DNA of 64,000 nt from Planctomycetota bacterium (GTDB lineage Bacteria; Planctomycetota; MHYJ01; WSZJ01), in the NCBI GenBank assembly GCA_038060895.1, contig JBBTCT010000034.1, positions 1-64,000 of the forward strand, in the 5' to 3' direction. Shown here in pieces: positions 1 through 9,684 of this stretch. Made by a program: the position numbers and the translations under genes. Numbering within the stretch: the stretch's first letter is position 1; every line of letters begins with the position of its first letter. Under the pieces are notes generated by a model. That model was not told the DNA's origin. It did not search any database and saw only the letters and a list, made by a program, of their open reading frames with translations.

Positions 1-32
1 CCGACGACGTCGAGACGGTCGAAGAGGCGTGA
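1..32 (+). CDS. 3' end of an upstream gene (partial)
   Basis: Frame ...DDVETVEEA ends in TGA at 30-32, overlapping the recG GTG (GTGA coupling). Confidence 0.4.
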   Translation, partial: DDVETVEEA

Positions 33-2095
33 GGGCGAAGACGAAGTCCGCCCCGGCGCCTTCCGTGGACCTGCTGAAAGGCCTCGGCGCGCCGCGCATC
101 GAAGCGCTTCGCGCCGCGGGATTCACGACGCTGCGCGCGCTGCTGTTTCACCTGCCCAAGGGGCACCTCGACCGGGCCACCGTGACGCCGATCGCGCAGC
201 TCGCCGAGGGCGAGCACACGGTTCGAGCGAAGGTGCGATCCCTCACCGTCCCGCGCTTTCGCCGCCGTGTCGCGATCGCGCAGGCGGTGCTCGGGGACGA
301 AACGGGCAAGGTTGGCGCGGTGTGGTTCGGGCGGTACGACGTGAAAAAGCGGCTGGCGCCGGGGGTCGAGCTTCTCGTGAGCGGCCGCGTCGGCCATGGA
401 AAGAAAGGGGGGCTGCAGTTTCACAACCCGGACTTCGAAGAAATCGGCGGCGAGGCCGAGGGGATCGCGACGGGCGGGATCATCCCGGTTTATCCGCCGA
501 TTCCCGGGGTAGGGCCGAACAGCCTGCGGAGAGCGATGCGGCAGGCGTTGGAGATCGCGGGTGAGAAAGTCACGGAGTACCTTCCGGAAGGAGCGGAGAC
601 GGCCCCGCTGCCCGGGGCACTGGCCGACGTCCATTTCCCGCCCGACACGGCCGCACTCGAGCGAACCCGGTCCCGGTGGATCTTCGAGGAGTTCTTCCTG
701 TACGAGCTTGCCATGGCGCTGCGCCGCCGGGCGGCGACGCGCCTGGGCGGCGCCGGGCGCATAGAGGCCCCTCCCGACGTGGATCGCCGCATCCGCGCCC
801 GGCTTCCCTTCGCCCTGACCGCGGCCCAGGAACGCGCCGTCACGGAAATCCACGCCGACCTAGCCAGCGGCCGACCCATGAACCGGCTCCTGCAGGGCGA
901 CGTGGGAAGCGGCAAGACGGCGGTTGCGTTCGCGACGATGCTTGCGGCCGTCGCCGCGGGAGGGCAGGCGGCGCTTCTCGTCCCGACCGAGACGCTGGCG
1001 GAACAGCACTTCAGGACCATCAGCGGCTGGCTGAAAGGCTCGCGGACGGAGTGCGTCCTCCTGACCGGCTCGCTCAAGGCCGCAGCGCGGCGGGAGGCCC
1101 TGGAACATCTCGGCGACGGCACGGCTCATCTTGCGATCGGAACCCACGCCCTCATCGAGCCAGACGTCGCCTTCCGCCGCCTCCTCGTCGCGGTCGTCGA
1201 TGAACAGCACCGCTTCGGCGTCCTCCAGCGGGCGGCGCTCGCCGCCAAAGGCGACCGGCCGCACGTGCTCGTCATGACAGCGACCCCGATCCCTCGAACG
1301 CTCGCCATCACTGCCTTCGGCGACCTCGACGTCACGACGCTCGACGAACTCCCCCCGGGCCGGACTCCAGTCGCCACTCGCGTGGTCGCCGCCTCCGATC
1401 TCGACCCCGTCTGGCACACCGTCCGCCTGGAAGTCGCAGCGGGCCGGCAGGCGTTCCTCGTCTACCCGCTGGTCGACGCAAGCGACCGCGTCGCCGCGAA
1501 GTCCGCGATCGAAATGCACGGACACCTCTCGCGGGAGGTCTTTCCCGACCTGGCCGTCGGCCTGCTGCACGGCCGCATGAAGTCCGAAGAAAAAGCCTCG
1601 GCGATGCTCGCGTTCCGCGCCAACCGCACCCAGGTGCTCGTCTCCACCGTCGTCATCGAAGTCGGCGTAGACGTCCCCAACGCCACCGTGATGATCGTCG
1701 GCAACGCCGAACGCTTCGGCCTCGCCACACTTCACCAGCTCCGCGGGCGGATCGGCCGGTCGTCGCATCCCTCGAAGTGCTTCCTCGCGGCGGGCGAAGC
1801 CGGCGGGGACGCCCTGAAGCGTCTGCGGATTCTCGAGGAGACGCAGGACGGATTCCGGATCGCGGAGGAAGACCTGCGCCTGCGCGGCCCCGGCGAATTT
1901 CTCGGCGCGCGGCAGAGCGGCGCGCCTGAGTTTCATCTCGCGGACCTGTGCCGCGACGCCGAAGTCCTCTCCAGGGCGCGAGACGCGGCGTTCGCGCTGG
2001 TGCGCGAGGATCCGGAATTGAAGCGGCATCCGCTGCTGAAACGAGAGATTCTGGTTCGTCTCGGCGACCGCATGGGACTCGTCGACATCCTTTAG
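29..2095 (+). CDS. recG: ATP-dependent DNA helicase RecG
   Basis: N-terminal OB/wedge region; MNRLLQGDVGSGKT, DEQHRFG, MTATPIPRT, QLRGRIGR and DGFRIAEEDLRLRGPGE (TRG) motifs. Confidence 0.97.
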   Translation: MRAKTKSAPAPSVDLLKGLGAPRIEALRAAGFTTLRALLFHLPKGHLDRATVTPIAQLAEGEHTVRAKVRSLTVPRFRRRVAIAQAVLGDETGKVGAVWFGRYDVKKRLAPGVELLVSGRVGHGKKGGLQFHNPDFEEIGGEAEGIATGGIIPVYPPIPGVGPNSLRRAMRQALEIAGEKVTEYLPEGAETAPLPGALADVHFPPDTAALERTRSRWIFEEFFLYELAMALRRRAATRLGGAGRIEAPPDVDRRIRARLPFALTAAQERAVTEIHADLASGRPMNRLLQGDVGSGKTAVAFATMLAAVAAGGQAALLVPTETLAEQHFRTISGWLKGSRTECVLLTGSLKAAARREALEHLGDGTAHLAIGTHALIEPDVAFRRLLVAVVDEQHRFGVLQRAALAAKGDRPHVLVMTATPIPRTLAITAFGDLDVTTLDELPPGRTPVATRVVAASDLDPVWHTVRLEVAAGRQAFLVYPLVDASDRVAAKSAIEMHGHLSREVFPDLAVGLLHGRMKSEEKASAMLAFRANRTQVLVSTVVIEVGVDVPNATVMIVGNAERFGLATLHQLRGRIGRSSHPSKCFLAAGEAGGDALKRLRILEETQDGFRIAEEDLRLRGPGEFLGARQSGAPEFHLADLCRDAEVLSRARDAAFALVREDPELKRHPLLKREILVRLGDRMGLVDIL

Positions 2096-2104
2096 GAGGA
2101 CACC

Positions 2105-2506
2105 GTGGACGAGGAAATGGTGCGCACGCTGAAGTCAGGCTTCCGGGTCTTCCCCCCATGGGTCGAACTCGTTCTGGGAACCGTCCTCGCCATTGCCGGC
2201 CTCTCGCTGTGTCTGGCGCTTCTGCTTTCCGGCTACATCCACTCCATCGCGCTGTTCCTTCCCCTCGTCGGACTCTTCGCTGTTTTCAATGGCGCCATTC
2301 GGCAGCGGAAGAAGGTCCACCTCGAGAGCCAGATTCGGGTCGTGCAAGAGAAGGGTGATGCTCTCGTGAATGAGCTCGCAATGGCCCTTCGGTCCAACCA
2401 GCCTGCCTCGCGAATTTTCCAGGACCTGGGCATCGACGACGACCGGATCCGCGCCTACCTGCTCTTCCTTGCCAAGGGCCGCGCCCGCAGCGCAGGCCCC
2501 CCGTAG
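2105..2506 (+). CDS. Small membrane protein (two predicted TM helices)
   Basis: AGGAGG SD before GTG; two hydrophobic stretches; directly follows recG. Confidence 0.75.
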   Translation: MDEEMVRTLKSGFRVFPPWVELVLGTVLAIAGLSLCLALLLSGYIHSIALFLPLVGLFAVFNGAIRQRKKVHLESQIRVVQEKGDALVNELAMALRSNQPASRIFQDLGIDDDRIRAYLLFLAKGRARSAGPP

Positions 2507-2517
2507 CTTCGGCGCTC

Positions 2518-3276
2518 TTAGAGTTTCTCGGCGACGAATTCCAGCAGCGGCGTCCCGAACACCGGCGGCTCGCGGTTGAGGTCGACGGACAGCTCGTCCC
2601 ACCAGCTCGGCGGCACCGCGCGCACGCGCTCGCGTATCTCCACCTTCACCTTGTCCTCGACGTTCATCCGCTCCAGCCACTGCCCCATGTCGTACTGCCG
2701 GCGGTACCGGGCGGAGTGAACGATCCGCAGCCCCGCCCCCAGGGCCAGTCCTTCCCACGCCCGCGTGGACCAGCAGCACACGTGCGACGGGTCCCTGAGA
2801 GATTCGACCGTGTCGATCCAGCGGCCGATCGGCTCGGAATCCGGGGCGGAGAGGTCGAACAGGTAGAAGCGCGACTTGCGATGCATGACGCGCGAGATTT
2901 CGCGGAGCGCGGCGAGCGGATTACTGAAGTGGTGCGCGGCGATGCGGCAGACGACGATGTCGAACCCGCCCGAACGGCACGGGATGCGGTGCGCGTCGCC
3001 GAGCGCCACCTCGAAAGACAGCCCGCGCTTCTTACCTTCCGCTCCGCACGCTTTGAGCATTTCGGGAGTCCCATCGAGCGCCACGACGCGGCACCCCGCC
3101 TGCGCGAGCGCCCAGGTCGAGTGGCCGCCGCCGCAGGCGATGTCGAGCGCGTGCTTGTCGCGCGAGGCGCCCGACAGCGCGCACATGCGCGCAAGGGACA
3201 CAGGGTCCGCGTGCGACGTGGAACGCACGTACTGGGTCGCGGCGGGCCCGAATGAATCGCGGTAGGCGGTGCTCAT
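2518..3276 (-). CDS. Class I SAM-dependent methyltransferase
   Basis: LDIACGGGH motif I, GDAHRIP, FDIVVCRIAAHHF, LRDPSH. Confidence 0.9.
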   Translation of the reverse strand: MSTAYRDSFGPAATQYVRSTSHADPVSLARMCALSGASRDKHALDIACGGGHSTWALAQAGCRVVALDGTPEMLKACGAEGKKRGLSFEVALGDAHRIPCRSGGFDIVVCRIAAHHFSNPLAALREISRVMHRKSRFYLFDLSAPDSEPIGRWIDTVESLRDPSHVCCWSTRAWEGLALGAGLRIVHSARYRRQYDMGQWLERMNVEDKVKVEIRERVRAVPPSWWDELSVDLNREPPVFGTPLLEFVAEKL

Positions 3277-3336
3277 GATGAGAGGTCGATTCTGCGCTCG
3301 GGGTGCGGGGGCGCGAAAGAGAATTCCGGATCCGGG

Positions 3337-4698
3337 CTATTCCTTGGGTTCGCCGCCGAAGCACATCGTCCAGAATTCTCCTTCGCGGGCGATCGCGACG
3401 CGCGAATAGTCCCCGAAAATCAGGTTCCGGTGGTGTCCCGGCGAATCCTGGAGCGCCTGGAGGATCAGGTCCGGCGGATCGTCCCCGCGCGCCAGGTTTT
3501 CGCCGATCCACGCCGACTTGTAGCCGGCCAGCTCGAAGCGCCTGGCCACCGTCGCGTATTTCGCGACCGGCGACACGTGGGAGAAATAATCGAGCTTTGC
3601 CATTTCTTCCGTGTGCTGCCGGGCGCAGGCGTCGAGCTTGTCGTCCCAACGGAGGGGCGCCCGGCCGAGGCGGAGGCGGTAAAGCGCGAGGAGACGGAGA
3701 AGCGCCCTCTCGGACTCGCCGAGCTTGAGTTCTCCGTTGTCGGCATCGACTTTCGCGCGAAGCGTCTTGTAAGGGTCGATGCCGTGATACACCGCGTCGT
3801 TTCCGATCTTCTCGCGGAATGTGGAGCGAAGCGCTGCGGCGCGATCTTCGTTTCCGAGTGCAGCATCGGCCCGGGCCAGCCTCAGCTCATCGCGCGCCAG
3901 GCCGGAATCCGCTTCCATGAACGCCGCCGCGGGATCCGCGCCGATCTTCTCCAGCGTCGTGATCCACTCGCGTACCTGCGTCCGCTGCTCGTCCGTCGCC
4001 GCCTTTTTCACGTAGCGTTCTTCGTCCGTCACCAGCCCTGTCAGCATCCCCCGCACCGCTTTGGCGCGATCCTGAAGCGACGAAACGACTGTGCTCTCTT
4101 TCGCCAGAGCCGCCGTGAGCCTTTCCCGGGATTCGTCCGCAATCTTCTCCATCTCGGCGCGCCCGTCCCATTCCAGCTTCGCAAGCGCCCTCCTCGCCTC
4201 GCCCCGCTCGACCAGGTCTTCGCTCCCCATCCTGTCGAGCAGGTCCAGGACCTGCCCGCGCAGCGGCGTCACCATCTCGCCCGCACGCTCGATCAGCCCC
4301 TGCGCCTTCGCCGCCTCGGCGGAGGTCATCCACTTCCCTTCGTACAGGACATGCCCCAGTGCTTTATGCGCTTCCTCGTTCGAAGGATCCGCGGCCGCGA
4401 CCGCGGCCCACTCCGCCAGCTCTTCAGCCTGCAGCTGCTTTTCCCGGCACCAGATCGCAAGCGCGCGATGTTCCGCTGCGGAAGCGGCCTTCGCGGCGCG
4501 GGCGCGGTATTCCTCGCGCTGCTGCGCGGTGGTTTCGATTCGGTCGATGTCGGCCCGCGCGACCCAGATTGCGCCCTTCGGCAGCCGGATCTTGACGCGC
4601 TCGGCCTGCTCCTCGACGACGTCACCGGTCCAGGTTCGGCCGTCCTTCAGGAAGATCAGGTCGGCGGCGAAGGAAAGGAGAAGCACCGGTAGAAGCAT
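3337..4698 (-). CDS. Secreted CAP (SCP) domain protein
   Basis: Start moved to ATG 4698 (signal-like MLLPVLLLSFAA); C-terminal ARQHTEEMAKLDYFSH, GENLARG, SPGHHRNL CAP motifs. Confidence 0.85.
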   Translation of the reverse strand: MLLPVLLLSFAADLIFLKDGRTWTGDVVEEQAERVKIRLPKGAIWVARADIDRIETTAQQREEYRARAAKAASAAEHRALAIWCREKQLQAEELAEWAAVAAADPSNEEAHKALGHVLYEGKWMTSAEAAKAQGLIERAGEMVTPLRGQVLDLLDRMGSEDLVERGEARRALAKLEWDGRAEMEKIADESRERLTAALAKESTVVSSLQDRAKAVRGMLTGLVTDEERYVKKAATDEQRTQVREWITTLEKIGADPAAAFMEADSGLARDELRLARADAALGNEDRAAALRSTFREKIGNDAVYHGIDPYKTLRAKVDADNGELKLGESERALLRLLALYRLRLGRAPLRWDDKLDACARQHTEEMAKLDYFSHVSPVAKYATVARRFELAGYKSAWIGENLARGDDPPDLILQALQDSPGHHRNLIFGDYSRVAIAREGEFWTMCFGGEPKE

Positions 4699-4742
4699 GG
4701 TGGAAATTCTAACAGAGGTGCCCGGGGAGTTTGGGGTTGTGA

Positions 4743-4935
4743 GTTCCGGAGGTTGAGTTCCGGGATCCGGGTTCCGAGTTCCGGGTGGGGTTTGGAGTTC
4801 GCGGTTCCGGGTTAACACATGCCCCAGACTCGAGACTCAACGAAGAACGCTCAACTCACGGAACAACTCCAGACTGCAAACCCGGAACCCCACCCGGAAC
4901 TCGGAACCCGGATCTCGGAACTCAACTTCCGGAAC
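4743..4935. repeat. Long inverted repeat built of GAGTTCC/CGGAAC-type short units
   Basis: 4743-4790 is the reverse complement of 4888-4935 with 2 mismatches in 48 bp; intergenic. Confidence 0.85.
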
Positions 4936-4944
4936 CAGAAACTC

Positions 4945-5388
4945 TCAACTGACGTCCAGCACAAATGTCGCCGGCCCTGCGTTCAACAGCGACACATCCA
5001 TCATCGCCCCAAACCTCCCGGTGCTCACCTTCCGCGCCACGCGCTTTCCCAGCTCCGCGACGACTGCGTCGCAGAGCCGCTTCGCCTCCTCGGGCGGCGC
5101 CGCGGCGTCGAACCCGGGCCTGTTCCCCTTCTTCAGATCTGCCGCGAGCGTGAACTGCGACACGACCAGCGCTTCCCCGCCTGCCGGGTCGAGCGCGAAG
5201 TTCATCTTGCCTGCGTCGTCTTCGAAAATCCGGAGCGCGGCGAGCTTTTCCGCCATCTTCAACGCGGTCGCGTCCGTGTCGCCCTTAAGAACGCACAGGA
5301 GCACCAGCATGCCCTTGCCGATTTTGCCGACGCACTCGGCGCCGACCTCGACGGAAGCACGGCTGACACGCTGAACGACGGCGCGCAT
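4945..5388 (-). CDS. dtd: D-aminoacyl-tRNA deacylase
   Basis: MRAVVQRV, SQFTL, KGNRPGF, FGAMMDV, NAGP. Confidence 0.96.
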   Translation of the reverse strand: MRAVVQRVSRASVEVGAECVGKIGKGMLVLLCVLKGDTDATALKMAEKLAALRIFEDDAGKMNFALDPAGGEALVVSQFTLAADLKKGNRPGFDAAAPPEEAKRLCDAVVAELGKRVARKVSTGRFGAMMDVSLLNAGPATFVLDVS

Positions 5389-5401
5389 CTTCGTCTCCTC
5401 G

Positions 5402-6718
5402 CTACTTCTTCTCTTTCGCGCCGACGCCCGGCTTCATTTCCTCAAACGTCGCGTGCTCGAGCATTCCGGCAACGGCCGCCTTCGCGTCCGCCTCGGCGCC
5501 GCCCTCTGCGAGGAACACCTTCTTGCCCTCGCGCTTGATCTCCACCCAGCCGCGCTCAGTGTCGTGCGACAACCCGTTGCCGTCCGCCTTGACCTCGTCG
5601 AGCCCGGGAAGCTTCTTCCGGATCGCTTTCACGTAGGCCGAAGTGAATTCGCGCGCATCGACCTCGGTGTCCCACACCGTCGTCCACGCGAGCAGGTGCT
5701 TCCCGTCCTTCGCATAAAGGCGGAAGGCGTCGCCGTCCCACCCCTCCGCCGCCTTTTCGCCGCTTTCCTTCGACTTCGGCTTCAGCGTCAGGAACACCAT
5801 CCGCACGCTGAACTCGCCCATCACGTTCTCTTCCACCTTCTCCCAGCCGTCCAGACCGTCGATTTTCGCCGGCAACTTCACCGTCTGCGGCATGTCGCGC
5901 TCGAGATAGCGCTCGGGATGCAGGATCTGCTCCGTCGAAACCGGCAGGTCCGCCCACGCCGCGTTCACGCCGTCCCAGCCGCCCTTGCGCTTCAGCCCCA
6001 CGCAGAACTTGAACCCGTCGATATACGACCCCACCAGGCTCTCCTTGATGATCGGCGGCGCAGCGTCCAGCTTCTGCGCTCCCGCCATACCGCCCGCCGA
6101 GCCCATCAGGCCGTCGATGATCCCCTCAATCCCCGGAATCTGGTCGCACGTCGTCCCCTGCGTCTGCAGAAACGAATGGTCGAACATCACCATCGTCGCC
6201 TCGCCCTCGACCAGGCACTTGAACGCCTGCGCCATGTCGTCGTTCTTCGCCGTGAGATCCTGGAGACGCGTCAGGTCGAAGTGCTGGTCCTGCATCGCGT
6301 GGTTCAGCTCGTGGATGATCACCGTCTCCTCCTCGAGCCCCTTCCCCGCCTTCCCCTTGATCAGGCACAGGATCTTCTTCTTCGGGTGATAAAACCCCGC
6401 CACCTGTTCCACCATCAGCTCGAGGAACTCCTTCCGCAGGTCGTACCCCTTCGGCGTCAGCCCGAACGCGAAAAGTACGTCCTGCATCTGCTTCGCCTTC
6501 GCTTCCGGCAGCTCTTCGTCGAAATCCGCGGTCATCATCTTCTTCAGCTCGGCCTCGTCCCAGAACCGGACCGAGGGGTTCTTCTCGAACTTGAGGCCTC
6601 GAAGCACTTCGGTGCGCTGGATGTGTCCGAGCGTCGTGGCGTTCGGTCCGTCTTCCGCGTCCTCGGCCATCGTGGGCAGGACGAGCAACAGGGCGAGGGC
6701 GGCGGCATGGAAGCGCAT
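5402..6718 (-). CDS. Secreted putative zinc metalloprotease-like protein
   Basis: Signal peptide; HELNHAMQDQHFDL (HExxH) with downstream EGEA; P.STEQILHPERY and AAEGWDGD motifs. Confidence 0.75.
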   Translation of the reverse strand: MRFHAAALALLLVLPTMAEDAEDGPNATTLGHIQRTEVLRGLKFEKNPSVRFWDEAELKKMMTADFDEELPEAKAKQMQDVLFAFGLTPKGYDLRKEFLELMVEQVAGFYHPKKKILCLIKGKAGKGLEEETVIIHELNHAMQDQHFDLTRLQDLTAKNDDMAQAFKCLVEGEATMVMFDHSFLQTQGTTCDQIPGIEGIIDGLMGSAGGMAGAQKLDAAPPIIKESLVGSYIDGFKFCVGLKRKGGWDGVNAAWADLPVSTEQILHPERYLERDMPQTVKLPAKIDGLDGWEKVEENVMGEFSVRMVFLTLKPKSKESGEKAAEGWDGDAFRLYAKDGKHLLAWTTVWDTEVDAREFTSAYVKAIRKKLPGLDEVKADGNGLSHDTERGWVEIKREGKKVFLAEGGAEADAKAAVAGMLEHATFEEMKPGVGAKEKK

Positions 6719-6802
6719 GGTGAGGCCTCGATGGAGTTGCGGACAGGAACGGGCAGGAAGTGATACTCGCGCGCGGCCCGCCCGTTTGCAGTTCCGGCCG
6801 CC

Positions 6803-7966
6803 CTACCTGGGCCGCTCGTCGTCCACGAGTCCGTCGCGCGAGCCGACCGCGCTGAATCCGGACCAGAGGAAGAGGCGACCGGAGGACGTCTCGATGGTCG
6901 CGCACTGCCGGAATTCCTGTGTTCCTGGCCGATTGAGCCGCTCGGCCTTCCGGAAAATGACGCCGGTGGAGAAATCCACGCCGTTGCGGGTGTCGCCGAT
7001 GGTCTCGCCGGAGTTCACGATGAAGATCTCCGAGCGCCACTTGCCGGTCACGCGGACGTGCACGTCGAAGCGAAACCCTGTCGGGAAGAGCCCGATGAAT
7101 TCGACCCGCAGGTCCGCGGGAGTCTTGAGCCGGGCGATGTCTTCGGAATCGTGTCTATACCCGCCGAAGAGCGCGGCGAAACGGTACTCATAGGTGGTCA
7201 GGCCTCGAGCCGTGACGTCCTCGAATTTCGGCTCAAACAGAACCCCCTGATTGATCGGCGCACCCCACTCCTGTGTCCCGTCCTCGCGTCTAAAGACAAG
7301 ATAGGCAACCGGCACTTCCGGCCGGGCCAGCGACGCAAAAACCAGCTTATCCGTGTTCCAGGCCAGGGTGACGTTGCCGGTCTCCCAATCGGAAGACGCG
7401 TCGATCGTATCCTGCGCGACAGTCCCGGGGTGTTTCTCAGGAAGCGCAGGCCGCGGGTCGGCAGGGTTGCCCGCAGCGACGGCGCGCGGCAACTCCTGAT
7501 CCCCGACCGGGCTCCCCTCCGTCTTCTCATACGGCCAGGGAACAACGATGGTCTCGCGTGCGACCGTCTCGGAGGAGTGCGCCTTGTCCAGGAGAGACTG
7601 CATCTGTTCGACGACACGAAGGGCCGCCGTGATCTGGTCGTGGAAGCGTTTCTGGTCGGCATTCCGGTCCGCGCGAAGGAGAAGCACCGACAGGATGATG
7701 GCCGCCGCGGCCCCGAGGCGCGCTCCCCACCGCCAGAGCGCCTCGCGCCGCGCGAGTGAACCGAAAACGCCGCCTGCGATCCTGTGGCCGAAGGGCTCCG
7801 GGCCGAGGGCCGCTTCGAGGAGTCCCGCGTTGCGGCGGAACTCGTCGGCGAGCTTCCTGCAGGGCGCGCAGCTCGCGACGTGGGCTTCGGCGCGGCGGGC
7901 GTCGTCCGCCTTCGCCTCGCCATCGACCCATTTCGAGATCAGCAGCCCGTAGCCTTCGCAGCTCAC
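6803..7966 (-). CDS. zf-HC2 anti-sigma factor with TM helix and extracytoplasmic domain
   Basis: GTG 7966 overlaps sigma stop (GTGA); HVASCAPC (HxxxCxxC); TM LGAAAAIILSVLLL. Confidence 0.85.
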   Translation of the reverse strand: MSCEGYGLLISKWVDGEAKADDARRAEAHVASCAPCRKLADEFRRNAGLLEAALGPEPFGHRIAGGVFGSLARREALWRWGARLGAAAAIILSVLLLRADRNADQKRFHDQITAALRVVEQMQSLLDKAHSSETVARETIVVPWPYEKTEGSPVGDQELPRAVAAGNPADPRPALPEKHPGTVAQDTIDASSDWETGNVTLAWNTDKLVFASLARPEVPVAYLVFRREDGTQEWGAPINQGVLFEPKFEDVTARGLTTYEYRFAALFGGYRHDSEDIARLKTPADLRVEFIGLFPTGFRFDVHVRVTGKWRSEIFIVNSGETIGDTRNGVDFSTGVIFRKAERLNRPGTQEFRQCATIETSSGRLFLWSGFSAVGSRDGLVDDERPR

Positions 7967-8523
7967 TCGTAGAACTCCGCCAGTGCGTCCTTGAGCATCA
8001 GTTTGGCCCTGTACAAGCGCGACTCCACCGTCGCCTCGGTCACGTTCAGCTTCTTCGCTATCTGCGCGTACGTCAGTTTCTCGAGGTGTTTCATCAGCAT
8101 CGTCTCGCGGTACACCTTTGGCAGCCCGTTCACGACCCGCAGGACTTTCGCGTAGAGCTCTTCCTGTTCCAGCGATCCTTCCTTCGGCGTCGGGGCGACC
8201 GGTTCTTTCCCCTCCGCTTCCAGCTTGTCGAGCGACTGGTCCTTCGACTTCTTGCGCAACCAGTCGATCGCCGTCGTCCGCGCGATTCCACACAGCCAGG
8301 CCCGGAATCGCGTCGGGTCCTCCAGTGTCTCGAGCCGGCGGTGGACCTTCAGAAACGTTTCCTGGGCCACGTCGGCCGCGCCCTCGGAATCGCCAATCAC
8401 CTGGTAGGCGATGCCGCCGACGAGCGCCGAGTGCCGGTGGACGAGTTGCTCGAACGCCTGCCGGTCGCCACTTCGCAACCGGCTGACAAGAAGCGCGTCG
8501 TCCTGGTCCGTTTTCTGGTCCAT
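7963..8523 (-). CDS. ECF RNA polymerase sigma-70 factor
   Basis: GDRQAFEQLV, DVAQETF, FRAWLCGIAR, region 4 YAQIAKKLNVTEATVESRLYRAK. Confidence 0.93.
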   Translation of the reverse strand: MDQKTDQDDALLVSRLRSGDRQAFEQLVHRHSALVGGIAYQVIGDSEGAADVAQETFLKVHRRLETLEDPTRFRAWLCGIARTTAIDWLRKKSKDQSLDKLEAEGKEPVAPTPKEGSLEQEELYAKVLRVVNGLPKVYRETMLMKHLEKLTYAQIAKKLNVTEATVESRLYRAKLMLKDALAEFYE

Positions 8524-8638
8524 GTCACCGCTGGGGAGAAGAGGAAGGCCCCGCAAGGTAGACGAGGGCGGCGAGGGGTAACCCTGCAGGGAGTCAGTTT
8601 AACATAAGAGATTGGTGGAACTTGGGTTGCGGAAGACA

Positions 8639-8800
8639 ACGGCAGGGGATGGGGGACGACAGGAGTGGGATAGAGGGGGATAGGGCTGGGGATTGGGATG
8701 GGGCAGCGAAGCCCACTTTGTTGGCTTTGCCCCATCCATCCCTATCCCGTTCCCCAGCCCCCCCCCCATCTCCTCGCCCGTGCTTCCCATCCCCTGCCGT
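8639..8800. repeat. Imperfect inverted repeat of GGGAT(G/A)G/CCATCCC-type units
   Basis: Outer arms ACGGCAGGGGATGGG / CCCATCCCCTGCCGT; inner arms GGATGGGGCA / TGCCCCATCC. Confidence 0.8.
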
Positions 8801-8805
8801 GTCCT

Positions 8806-9579
8806 TTACTTCACCTTCAACAGCGCCTTCACCTCAGCCGGCACTTCCTCATCCAATCCTTCCCCATGCTTCGTCAGCTCCACCGTCAGAATCTGGTCCA
8901 TCCCCCCACTCGCCGCCGCCAGCTCCGGCCGGCCCTTCATCGCCGACTCCGCAATCACGACCTTCGTGTCGCGCACGATCCGCCGGATCACCAGGTCCTC
9001 TTTCGAAATAAAAATACGGTAGATCATGTACGACTCCTTCTCGTTCAGCGGCAGGTTCTTGATGAACCCCGCGTACTCCGGCCGGTAGTACTTCGCCGCC
9101 GCTTCCATGTACTCCTTCAGCTTCGCCTGCGGCGCTTCACATTCGATCACCTTGCATTCCTTCCCCCCGACTTCCTCGTCCTGGTTGTACTTCGCCGCCT
9201 TCGCGACGCTGAGGGCTTCCAGGAGAAGCGCATCCGGGGTGGGAGAGCCGACCACGGCCTGTTCGTCCCTGCCGAGGGAAGCGGCGCCGACGTATTTGCC
9301 GCTCTTGTCCTTGGCGAAGGCGGTTTTTTCGCGGCGCCAGATGTCGGTCCCCTGCTTGGTCGTCTGCTTGACGAGGCCGCTGAGCCAGGTGATGCCCGTG
9401 GTATCGAGGGATTGTTCGCCGATGCTGCCGGTGTAGGAGAAGTGGTAGCCCGGGAGTTTCCGCAGTTCGGCCGCGGATTTCGTGAACAGGGCGGGCGCCG
9501 TCGTCTTTCCGACCTTGTCGTCTGCGGTGACGGCGAGCGCGAGAACGGCGAGGGCGGACGCGGCAAGGAACGATCGCAT
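8806..9579 (-). CDS. Secreted hypothetical protein (possible LolA/LppX-like beta fold)
   Basis: AAGGAGG SD before ATG 9579; signal peptide; EEVGGKECKVI and YRIFISKEDLVIRRI strands. Confidence 0.7.
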   Translation of the reverse strand: MRSFLAASALAVLALAVTADDKVGKTTAPALFTKSAAELRKLPGYHFSYTGSIGEQSLDTTGITWLSGLVKQTTKQGTDIWRREKTAFAKDKSGKYVGAASLGRDEQAVVGSPTPDALLLEALSVAKAAKYNQDEEVGGKECKVIECEAPQAKLKEYMEAAAKYYRPEYAGFIKNLPLNEKESYMIYRIFISKEDLVIRRIVRDTKVVIAESAMKGRPELAAASGGMDQILTVELTKHGEGLDEEVPAEVKALLKVK

Positions 9580-9684
9580 GAAGGCCTCCTTGGAGGGGTT
9601 GGACAATATACGCGGCCGCCGTCGGGGCGTTGGCCGCGTGAATTCGGATTAGCGCCGGCCGCTCCCGTGCCGTAGATTCCCCGG

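Noticed and set aside
4720-4945. CRISPR array in the short-repeat tracts (also 8639, 15424, 40920)
   Set aside because: Units are 6-7 nt, degenerate and inverted; no constant repeat with unique spacers and no cas genes
7967-8293. Extended anti-sigma N-terminus
   Set aside because: Overlaps the sigma gene; the zf-HC2 domain starts at the coupled GTG 7966
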